Shown here: positions 53,520 through 64,000 of the stretch, piece after piece
How positions within the stretch are numbered: the stretch's first letter is position 1
Layout of the letters: each line of letters opens with the position of its first letter
Notes under the pieces: model-generated
Seen by the model: only the letters and a program-made list of their open reading frames with translations
What the model was told of the DNA's origin: nothing
Databases searched by the model: none
Translations under genes and position numbers: made by a program
Assembly: GCF_009914755.1 (NCBI RefSeq)
Contig: NC_060927.1
Length of the DNA stretch: 64,000 bases
Reading direction: 5' to 3' (one strand)
Source of the DNA: the human T2T-CHM13v2.0 reference genome, Homo sapiens

Positions 53520-55210
53520 CATGAAAGAAATCAAAGAAGACATGAGTAAATAGAGAGATGTACTGTGTTCATAGATTGGAAAACTCAACATAGTAAAGAA
53601 GTCAGTTCTCCTTAAATTGATTTACAGATTTAACATAACAATAATCAAAATCTCAACAGGATTTTTTATAGATATGGACAAAGTGATTTTAAAATTTATA
53701 TGGAACAAAAAAGGACCTAGGATAGCTAAAACAATTTTGAAAAAGAAGAATAAAGTGAGAAGAATCACCTTAATCAAATTTAAGATAAAGCTACAGCATT
53801 CAAAACAGTATGGTATTGGTGAAAGGAGAGAAACACATCAAATAATGTTACAGAATGAAGAGTTCAGAAATAGACTGACATATATGGTCACTTTATTTTT
53901 GACAAAGGTGGTAGATTCAATGGAAAAATTGAAAGGCAAAAGGATAAACTTTTCAACAAAAGTTCTGGAACAATTTTGCATCTAGATGCAAAAAACAAAA
54001 AAACGAAAAACCAAAAACCTTCAACCTAAACCTAAACCTCATACTTTATATTCAGAATTAACTCAAAACGGATTGTAGATCTAAATGTAAAACATGGTAC
54101 TATAAAAGTTCTAGAAGAAAATGGGATATTTGGAACTTGAGGGTAGGTAAAATTCTTAAACACAATACCAAAAGCAAGATCCATCAAAAAAAAGGTTGAT
54201 GATAGGACATGGTCAAAAGTAAAACTTTTTCTACAAAAGGCATTTAACACAATTTAAAAACAAGCTACAGACTAGGAGAAAATATTTACAAATCAGATAT
54301 CTAACAAAGGGCTTGAATCTAGAATATATAAAGAAATCTCAAAAGTCAACAAAAAGAAACAAGCAACATGATTTTTTTAAATGGACAAAGGATTGAACAG
54401 ACACTTCAGTAAAAAAGGATATGATGATGGCAAATAAGCAATGAAAGGTATTGAAACATCGTTAACCCTGAGGGAAATGTAAATTAAAACCATATGTGGT
54501 GGGATGCCACTACGATCTAGTCTAATGTCTAAAATTAAAAATATTGACAATACCAAGCGTTGGCAAGGATGTGGAGCAACTGGAACTCTCATATATTGCT
54601 TATATTGCTAGTGGGAATGCAAAATAGTACAGCCGATCTGGAAAGCATTTTAGCAGTTTTCTATAAAGTTAAACATACACCTAACATATGACCCAGCAAT
54701 ACCACTTCTGAGTGTCTTAGAGAAATGAAGGCTATGTTTATATAAAAGCATAACATGAATATTTATAGCAGTTCTATTCATAATTATTAAAAACTTCTAG
54801 AAACAACCCAAATGTCCCTCAGCAGGTGAATGGATAACTTGTGATATAGTCATACAAGGGACTATTAAAGAGATGAATTATTGATGCATGCAGCAATGTG
54901 GGTGAATCTCAGAGGCATTCTGTTGAGTGCAAGGAGGCAGTCCCAAAAGGTTACATACTGTAAAATCCCATTTTTGTCACATTCTGGAAGACAAAGATAT
55001 AATGATGGGAAACCAGTGGTTGACTGGGGTTGAGATTACTGTAAAGGTAGGATCGATAGCACAGGGGAATATTTTCAGGGGGTGATGGAACTAATATATG
55101 TTTTGATTTTGATGATTGTTACCCAGATCTATATGTGTGTTAAAATTCATAGAACCGTATACCAAAAGAAAAAGATTTCTATTAAGGAAATTTTTAAAAT
55201 AAGTTTTTAA
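53520..55210 (+). mobile_element. Old L1 (L1M-type) ORF2 3' part plus 3' UTR
   Basis: ORF 53617-53985 (IYRFN..KFIWNKKGPRIAKTILKKKNKV) resembles L1 ORF2; L1 3' UTR motifs. Confidence 0.9.
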
Positions 55211-57309
55211 AAATGTGCAGGAGCAACATAATATATTCTTGTGGTTTACACGTCAAGTTGTGTCTGTCCAGGATAACCCCCAGATGCCTGTGTAGGCATT
55301 TCCATTGTAAATGTATCCTGTCACATTTTTACCCTGCAACCTTCTGAGTCTCTCCGTCAGTGTGGCCTCAGCTGCCTCATTGCTTTTTGGAGTCTCTGGA
55401 TTTTCCCCTCATTACTGGCTCTAGGTTGCTCCTAGAGGTGCTAAAATATGCTGCTGGGGTGAGAGCAACGAGGTATCTGCATGCCCCTTGCTCAGAGTTG
55501 AAATAAGCATAGCCATCCCAGTTCCTAGTGCCATGAACATCTCCCCATCCTCCCTGTTATCCTTAGCTTCTCACGCGACCTGGCCTGGTCCTGGTCCACA
55601 GCTTCCTGCTTGGTTTCATGCCTCATTGGCATTTCAGTGAAGAAACTTATTCTTACAGGCTGTAGAAAATCTCAAAGTGTTATTGCCTGAATGCACATCC
55701 TAATTGTAGTGCCTGCTCTACTCTGCCCAGTGGGAGTTGCAAACAGCCTTTATGAAGTCAGATTTTTCTTGGAATCATTTTCAGGTGGCTATTTTCCTCC
55801 TGAGGATTTGTCTTATTAAGCCATTCGAGTGGACAATGGAGGCACGTGAGTGTCTGGGTGGCAGCAGGCTGCACCGTTGAGACATGGAATAAAGTGCCAT
55901 AAACGTCTTCCTTTATTTTATCTGCTTTGGCTCAAGCTCTTGGCAGGGTAAAGGGTTCTAGACAGCTATTGTGTGCTCAGCTCCAGTTGCTGTGGAAAGG
56001 TTGTTTATTTCACAAGTAGAAAATCTATACCAAAATTAGATACATTGCTGTGTAATTGAAGGTAATGTCCTTTTATTCACTTACATATTACAGTGTACAG
56101 TACTTTGAGTCTTGTGTTCGTGTTACCCTCGCAGTTTTTATTGATCAACAAAAAGACAAAGATGGCTTTTAATTCTTCCCGGATGCTACCAAATCAGAAT
56201 ACAGACCTACCGAAGATTATTTTGTCGTCAAGGATAAGACAGGCTTCTTGAATATTATCTTTCCCTGGGGCACATTTTCTTGCCAACTTTAGAGTTGAAA
56301 ATACTCTGGTTTCTAAAAACAATAACCTAGAGGCTTTCTTTGTTGTCATTACTAAGCATGCCAAAGATGGCCATTGGAGAAAATTATTTCAGTCTCTTTC
56401 ACTCTGATTCTTATAGATAAAGAGAGAACTGCACAGGCAAGCAAGAGAGGGAGGGAAGGAGGATATAGGAGATGAAATTCATTGTCATCGTTAGGCAGAG
56501 CCTCTTGTATCTTAAATTCTATTTTTGAGACTTGAAAGGAAAGAATATTTTAAAGCACTTTGGTAGCCACTGTAGCAGTTCCTAGATTTTAGTTATTCCT
56601 AACTGAATGCTCCCTTGCTGCTAATTTCTTTTGTCAAAAATGAAAACCCACTTATCACCATTCATGTAAAAATCTCCCACATATTTAAAATAGTGAGGTT
56701 CAGACATTTTTTCCCCTGAAAGAGTATCCATTCATTTAACAGTTCTTTACCAAAAAAGACATGTTTTTGTGAATTCAAATAATTTTCATTTTTCTTAGAT
56801 CTTCTCTAAATTTAACTCAACTTTAACTTGCAGAGACCAAATTAAATTCATGTCCAGAAGTACCTACTGCTCACCTGACATGCAAGGTGCCAAGGTGTGA
56901 ATGCTAAGGGTTTGGTTCTCAAAAAGCACGCGATGTGTTATTACTTCTTAGGAGGGCATTCATTTAGTTGATTTATGCCAGGAACGTGTAATGGGAGAAA
57001 CCTATGCTCTTAATACAAGTTTCTTTATTCCTAGAATCTGTTTTTTAGTGACAGGGAAGAAGGAAGCTGGTATTGCCAGCACTTTTTCTTTTGTGACAGC
57101 TGCAATGACCAAAATTCCTTCTTATGTAGAGCCAGATACTCGGGAGTTCCACCCACTGTGAGTCAGTTCATGTTCACACCAACCCTGTGAGGTGGGCAGT
57201 GCAGGTGCTGGTACCCATTTTCCAGGGGTGGCAGATGAGGCTCAGAATTTAAGGGACTTGCTGGATTTCATAGGGGCTATGATTAAAATTCAGTCTTTTG
57301 ACTCCTAGA

Positions 57310-58160
57310 TCAGTGGTTTTTTTCCAAACAAGGGATTACCAACTCGGTCAGATCCAATGCTCCTTTCTAGAACTGTCCTGAAATGAAAGTCATAGTTAAT
57401 GTAATGTACCCATAGGTTTTTTTTTAAATAACATAATTCTCTAACTAATACAAAGGAGAAATAAAAGAAAGTGATCCATAATCAAAGAGTATGTATTTTA
57501 AAATATAAATGGTTAGGCAGATCTAACTGGAAGATAGAATGAAGTAATCAGATGGCTATTCCTAAACATAGAATCACCGTGAATACACTGTCTACAAATG
57601 CAGATGATAAAGATGTGTTGTGTGGGTGACACATGTCACTAAGTGGAATGTGGTTTTCCAGAACAGTGAACATGCTTGGTTAAGTTCTGAACACAACAAA
57701 GTGTAATCTACACTGTGGCTACTGAGTTTATTTGTAAAATGAGCTAGAGTCTAGTCTCAGATCATTATAAACCAGTTTTCACCTACAAGAACGTCTTTTG
57801 GGCCATTCACAAGTCATTGTGCAGGACAGTCTTGTGCATTGTAGATAATGGTGTGCTGGCAAACCAGCTGTCTGAATTTATCTGAGTTGTATCATTTGCT
57901 GATTTCTGTGCTGTAAGTACTCCTACAATGGCTGATTTCAAACTACCAGTAGGAACTTTCTCACAAAATTCCTGTAGATTTGACCACCAGCTTAGTAGGA
58001 GCCAGCTCTGGGAAACCACGAATTTTGTAGGATCTCTAGCATCTCTGGCCCTGCCCTTTAAATGCCAGTTGGATTCCCCAAATCATTGTGACAATAAAAA
58101 ATGTCATCACAAGTTTCCCAAACACCTTCATCAGAAGCAGTAGCACCCCCACTGAGAAAA
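57310..58160. mobile_element. hAT (Charlie/MER63-like) DNA transposon fragments
   Basis: CAGTGGTTT start; ATGGCTGATTTCAAACTACCAG MER63-like segment. Confidence 0.45.
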
Positions 58161-58838
58161 ACAGTACATTCAACTCTGATGGTATTACGGGCATAAGTGA
58201 CCTCACCAAATAGGTGCTTTATCTAGATAGGTCTATGTGATACTCCCTAGTATGAAGCCTCTGGCTGCCTGTTCTTGTTTCTCTAGGGAGACAGGAACAG
58301 CACTGAACAGTACTACAGGGCTGGTCTAAGCCTGTAGAGCTGGTCTGGCTGTGCCTTACTGAGGATCAAGAAGGAGCACCAGTACTTACACTTTTCAGCC
58401 TTGATGAACCCAGGGCAGGCAGTCTAGTGACATTTGCCACATCCTGTTTCTCTCAGCTTTGGTTAGAACACAGGAACACAACTCAGATAAAGGAGACCCA
58501 TACTTCAGAGCTGTACCCTGCCTTTGAGTCCATTGCCTCTTTCCTCAATCCAGTTCATCGCCTAAGAAGTTAACAAATGGTGAAATCACTGAAGCACATC
58601 TCCTTTTCTCAGTATTGGAATGGCTGTTCATTATGGATTACGAAGGTGGATTAGCCTGTGGCCTATAAAATGAGCAAGTGGAATCAATTCACAGGGCATC
58701 GGGAAAATTGGGAGCAAGCTATAAAAATAGTCTTAAATACTGATAATACAGGAGATAGACCCAGTTTTATTAAAGTAGAACATTTGGTTTAAGACCTGTG
58801 CTACAAAAGACTAAAAGGTCTTTTCTTTCCTGCCTTAG

Positions 58839-59081
58839 TGTACACTTGACTGTGAAGTGGCTGTGAGAGTGGGTGGAGAGTTCTTCTTTGACCCTCAGCC
58901 TGCGGATGCCTCTAGAAACCTCGTGTTGATTGCAGGAGGAGTCGGAATTAACCCTCTGCTTTCCATCCTGCGGCACGCAGCAGATCTCCTCAGAGAGCAG
59001 GCAAACAAAAGAAATGGATATGAGATAGGAACAATAAAACTATTCTACAGTGCAAAAAATACCAGCGAACTCCTGTTTAAG
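58839..59081 (+). CDS. OXNAD1: OXNAD1 coding exon 5 ([13 protein letters not shown]...[10 protein letters not shown]...ELLFK)
   Basis: CCTTAG| acceptor; AAG|GTAAGG donor; 243 nt; AGGxGIxP NAD-binding motif. Confidence 0.98.
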
Positions 59082-59852
59082 GTAAGGGAGGTATAGCTTG
59101 CTGTAAGCAAACTTGTGTAGTGGTATTAATTGTTCATGAAAGTTTTTTCTCTAGGTTTTGTTTTCTCTGCAAAGGTTCAAACAAAAGGCTTGGCAAGATT
59201 TAATCATGCTCAAATGAGAACTAACCAACACACCTTACCCAAGACAAGTAAAACTGCTAGTGTTGAAGAGGCTAGCAGTTAGGTGACAGGAAAGGGTAGG
59301 TTTTGGTGGGATGGAATCTGGAGGTTAAATGAACAGAAAAGTCACAAGGGTCCCGAGATTCCAGTCAAGAGACCTACAGTGGACTAGTGTATCACAGGAG
59401 TAGGTAAGACTTAGACAGTTTGGACCCAGCTGGGTAAATGAAACCCCTGTCAGTTGCATCTGTTTAAACTAAGTGCATTTGATGAAGAAAGCTTTCACTG
59501 GGGATTGCTTTGCAGCTGCAGGAATGAACAAAAGAACAGAAACAGTTAAAAGACACAACTGTGGTCAGTGAAACTGCTGCTTAATTGCCAATGCTTGAGA
59601 AAAAGGAAAAAGAAAAAACTCCCGGAGAGTTGGTAATATGCTTGTTAGCATATTCAGATTTCAATTAAAGCCAAATAGCCCTCTGTAGTCTGAATGCTCT
59701 GGCCTGCTAGGCTGCAAACAATATCTCTCTAAGTAGAGAGCGAGAGCGGCAGACGTGTGCAGAATGGGAGTTGAGGTTCAGCGTCAATGGTTGTGCACAT
59801 CTGTTTTGATTTTTTAAAATTGTAGTGTGACCAAATATGTTTGACATTCCAG

Positions 59853-59961
59853 AAAAATATCCTTGATTTAGTAAATGAATTTCCTGAGAAGATTGCATGC
59901 AGTTTGCATGTTACAAAACAGACTACACAAATCAATGCGGAACTCAAGCCATACATCACGG
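59853..59961 (+). CDS. OXNAD1: OXNAD1 coding exon 6 ([11 protein letters not shown]...KPYIT)
   Basis: TTCCAG| acceptor; CGG|GTGAGT donor; 109 nt. Confidence 0.95.
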
Positions 59962-60620
59962 GTGAGTCCCCTAAAGATATTTTGACTATCTCCATGCAGT
60001 TATTTGATGGACACACCAGTTGGTTGAGCGTAGATGCTTTATTGTTGGAAGCTGCTGGCTGGGAATGTCACTATCTGGGGAATTGGGATGATTCCTCATG
60101 GAAAAATGGATATTTAGTTGGGTTTACTCATTATATACAGGTTTCCTATTGCCTGTGTTAAAAGTGTACTTTTCACACTTTTTAAGAGGCCTTTGCATCA
60201 TCACTGTAGTGTCCATACAAATAATTTATATTCCAGATTTGGCTGAATTGATTCCATTTGCCATTAATGGTCATTTAAACAACTCATAATTTCCTCTGAA
60301 AGGATTTTTATAAAACAGTTACTTCCTTTGCTGAAGGCAATTTGTATCTCCATCAAAGACCAGTAAGCTAGCTGGCCCTTTCTGCAGAGTGCATTACGAT
60401 GAGCTTCCCACTTTGCTTGCTTAGGTTTAGGAAGCCTGGAGATGCACTCTGCTTGGGTCTGGGCCCAGATGCCAATAGGAGCCATACTGTGAATGGCTTA
60501 AGAAGACTAGACTCACTGAACTTGGAAATAAACACTGTATCTGAATTGTGGTTAGTCCTTCCTCATTTGCTGATACAACCATGTCTGGCTTAATTTGGTG
60601 TTTATTCTGGTTTTTGGTAG

Positions 60621-60775
60621 AAGGAAGAATAACGGAGAAGGAGATAAGAGATCATATTTCAAAAGAGACTTTGTTCTATATTTGTGGCCCACCTCCAATG
60701 ACAGACTTTTTCTCCAAGCAACTGGAAAACAACCATGTACCCAAAGAACACATTTGCTTTGAGAAGTGGTGGTAG
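60621..60775 (+). CDS. OXNAD1: OXNAD1 last coding exon (EGRIT...FYICGPPPM...CFEKWW*)
   Basis: GGTAG| acceptor; CGPxxM motif; aromatic C-terminus; TAG at 60773-60775; seven exons total 939 nt = 312 aa + stop. Confidence 0.98.
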
Positions 60776-60796
60776 GAGGCAGACAAAGGCAGAAAA

Positions 60797-60920
60797 AATA
60801 AAGAGGTGAGATCTACTCAGGAGAGCTCCTGTCCTTTGTGGCATGATTAATTTTTTTTATCTCTACTTGAGTTGTCTTATTTTTTAAGGCTATAAACTTA
60901 GTGACCAGCTGGATAATAAA
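60797..60920 (+). terminator. Proximal OXNAD1 poly(A) signal candidates
   Basis: AATAAA at 60797-60802 and 60915-60920; a distal ATTAAA lies at 63280-63285. Confidence 0.55.
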
Positions 60921-62839
60921 AGCCAGCTGGCAGACTTAAATGATAAACTTTTTGCAAAGACCTCAGTGATCAAACTATTTTTTACTATACTGATTTTCTG
61001 TTATTAACAACGATTTAATTGTCTCATGATGTACCATGATTGGTCAGTATAGATTTTTCTTTTGTCTTTAGGCAAAAAAAAGATATATACTTATGTCTAA
61101 TCATAGGAAAATGTGATTTTTGAGTATAAAATGTGGGCTAGCTTTAAATTATTTGACAGCCATCTATATATCTTATGTTTAATGAAAGTATAATTTAAAT
61201 ACAATCTTAATAATTTTACTTTGAAAATTCTTTTTATTTAATGCCTTTGTTTACTGTACCATGGCCTACAGTCTTATTTGGTCCATCAAAGTTAAGTTTG
61301 GACATGGAAAATTGTTAGGAAAACTGCTTTAGGGAGTTAAATATCCAGCATATTTGCTTTCTTGTTAATGAATATCCTAAGTGTGTATCCTGACTAATTG
61401 TTAGTTTCTTCTCAAATGAAACCCTTTCTGTGTCTTGGCTGTCTGCCTTAACGCTGTAGGAGGCAGCTTCTTGCTTGGGACAAAGGCATTGGTGATGTGT
61501 TCCATGTTGAATCTGCCTTCAGTGCCTGGGCTGGCTTGCTATGGAAATGTGCTTAGCATTGATTAGGGGGTAGAGAGCTGTTTCTAAATCCTGCTTTTCT
61601 ACTTTTTATTTCACTCATTTGCCAGAATTGTTCTTGGCACCAGCAGCTCCTTAACATATAGTTGTTGAATGACTGAAAGAAAGCAACTAATGTTTTAACT
61701 CCTTGCTAAGTCTGAGATTGGGAGGCAGTCCCCTAGAGTGGATAGAAAGAATGGTGGAGCCTCATCCCAAAGCTGCTCTGATGAAACTGCTAGAAAGCAG
61801 ATTGTAGTTCTTTGTTTAGATTTTTAAAAATCCAAAAGAAGTCCTGACTGAGGCCAGGCCATTCCTTTTATGACAAGTAGTCCTGGGCCCAAGGTTGCCT
61901 GCATAGAGATCACAGGAGGGTGAAGGGAGCCTGGGAAGAAGGACAGATAAGTGCTGGAGACCTAGGAGCTCCAGTTGAGATTCTGTTCTGGAGCGGATGA
62001 GAGAAGACAGGTTACCCTTTCTTATCTTTGTTGTTGCAGGCCTCCCAGGGACTTGTGGGCTTGAACAGATATGATTCATGGGACCTGAAGGTGACTCTAG
62101 CTTCTGCCCAGTTTTGAGTTTTGTCAAGTTTTAAGCAGAGATCATTTGTCAACTATTTTGATCCCAGATTTGAATTTGGGGAGGAAGGGAGGAGCTACTG
62201 ACCTGATGGGAATATCATAATCCATTCAAGGAAATGGTCATTAGTACCTCAGAGGTGAAGGGAATATGTGAAGCTCTGGATCACTACAAGGAGCCCTGAC
62301 TTACCAGTTGGCCCCAAAGTGCCCAGGCTGAGGGCATAGGAGCATGATGAGATGCAAGGATGTGGGATTATCAAGGGGCACGTCTACTAACTGGTGAAGG
62401 CAGTCTGCGGGGGAGGACACCTAAAGGTATGCGGAAAGTACCTAACCCAGACCTCTCTGCATTAGGAGTGGAGGTGCAAAGTGAGCATCTCCAGTGCAGC
62501 ATGGGATGGGAAGATAGGGAGGTGTCGCCCACTGTCTCGGTTTAGCCAGCACCACGGCTGGCTGTGTGCCTGCTACTGTCAGAGAGCAAGGGTCATCTGT
62601 CCTGCCCAGCTATGCCTGCCACCCTGTTGCTGACTCAGTATTGGCAGAATTGCTGAGATGGGCCAGGTCATCACCTTTGCCTGGAGTGTTCATCCTTTCA
62701 GTGCCATTATTCTGGTGCTAAGTGCTGAAGAACATTTTCAGGTCTAGCCGAGAATGTCCTCTTGCTCTTGCCTGCCAGGCCTGTCCAGATCTTTTTGGTA
62801 CTTAAATTGAGCTAACTCCAGCCAGAGTGGCTTGGAATT

Positions 62840-63110
62840 CATAGTGCGGTGGCTCAGAGTATAGGCTCGAAAGCCCTTGAGCCAGATTGCCTGGGTTCAG
62901 ATCTCACCTATACTACTTACTAGGTAGATGACCTTGAGCAAGTCACTTAACTGCTCTATGCCTCATTTAAAATTACATACAACTACATGTAAAAGGGAGA
63001 TGATACTGCTGCCTACCTACCTACATGATAGGGCTGTTACGGGGATTGAAGGTGATCATACATGTAAAGTGCTTGGCAGAGCACTGCATGAGTGTGTTGT
63101 CGTTATTAAT
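62840..63110. mobile_element. MIR
   Basis: GCCTGGGTTCAGATCTC..ACTTACTAG..TGACCTTGAGCAAGTCACTTAAC. Confidence 0.8.
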
Positions 63111-63409
63111 TTGCTATTCCTTGTCCTATTCAGAAAGGATTTCAAGAGGCTGGATGCCTTAGATGTGGTCTAACTTGAAACCTTCATGTGGGTGTGCGTC
63201 TGTCTTGTTTATTGCTGTGCCAGGCACAAAATAGGTATTTCATAAATATTTGTTAATATGCTCAGAGTTGATAAGCTGGATTAAAGTGACTTCTTAAGGA
63301 TCCTCTGGCTCTATGAGTTTGAAAAAATGTTTCTTCTTTTGACATAAGACCCTTTCCCAGCCTACTCAAGGGACTAGGTTAGTCTGATATTTGTATCTTT
63401 CTCAGATTT

Positions 63410-64000
63410 TATTTATATTTTTTCAAACATATGACAAAGTAGAGATAGTAAAATGACTTCTCGTGCATCCATCACCCGGCTTCCATGACTAGCAGCATTC
63501 TGTTTTTGTCAGCCCTCAGCTTCTTTGTGGGGGTGTTCTTCTTGCTGGTGTGTTTTCAAGCAAAGCCTAGCAATTGTATCGTGTCACTTCTAAATTCTTC
63601 AGTATATATTTCTAACAGATACATCACCTCAGCACAACCACAATGTCATCATCATACCTAACACAAGTGACAATGATTCCTTAATATCCTCTAAGACCCT
63701 TCTGTGTTGTTTCCTCATGGCCTCAAAAGTCCGAATATTGCATTAGGTTAATGTCTTTTATTTTAATTAATTAATGGCACACTCCTTACACCCCCTACAC
63801 ATATACATGGACACTTTTTTTCCCCCATGATTCATTTGTTAAAGAAACTGACTTATTTGTTCTGTAGGCTTTCCCACATTTTGAACCTGGCCTATTGTAT
63901 CCTCAGGGTGTTGCTTGATCCTCTCTCCTCTGTATTTCATGTAAACTGGTAATTAGATTTAGAACTTGTTTATATTCGGATTCAAGATTTTTTTTTTGCA
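63410..64000 (-). mobile_element. Old L1M 3' UTR fragment
   Basis: TTTCAAACATA..CAAAGTAGAGA..CATCACCC; ACAACCACAAT..CATCATACCTAAC. Confidence 0.6.

Noticed and set aside
53617-53985. L1 ORF2-like ORFs (also 50109-50360)
   Set aside because: Fragments of dead, truncated L1s; not functional genes

Overview
Primate (human-like) genomic DNA containing the head-to-head gene pair DPH3 (minus strand, 3 coding exons, 82 aa CSL Zn/Fe-ribbon protein) and OXNAD1 (plus strand, 2 inferred non-coding + 7 coding exons, 312 aa FNR/cytochrome-b5-reductase-like NAD-binding protein). They share a CpG-island bidirectional promoter at ~22.1-22.7 kb. The first ~14 kb is repeat-rich intergenic DNA with two CTCF-like motifs. 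Structure not obvious from the ORF track: (1) a full-length THAP5 processed pseudogene, antisense in OXNAD1 intron 4, bounded by a perfect 16-bp target-site duplication and carrying three Alus; (2) a near-complete fossil Tigger/pogo transposase downstream of the DPH3 stop, in its probable 3' UTR; (3) a distal DPH3 poly(A) signal candidate inside an antisense MaLR LTR; (4) an OXNAD1 uORF that overlaps the start codon and stops on Met7; (5) templated and tandem duplications. The most speculative idea is that the pair is a co-regulated reductase/electron-carrier module, analogous to yeast Cbr1-Dph3. Repeat subfamily names are by eye and need RepeatMasker confirmation. Nearly all ORF-track ORFs are spurious.
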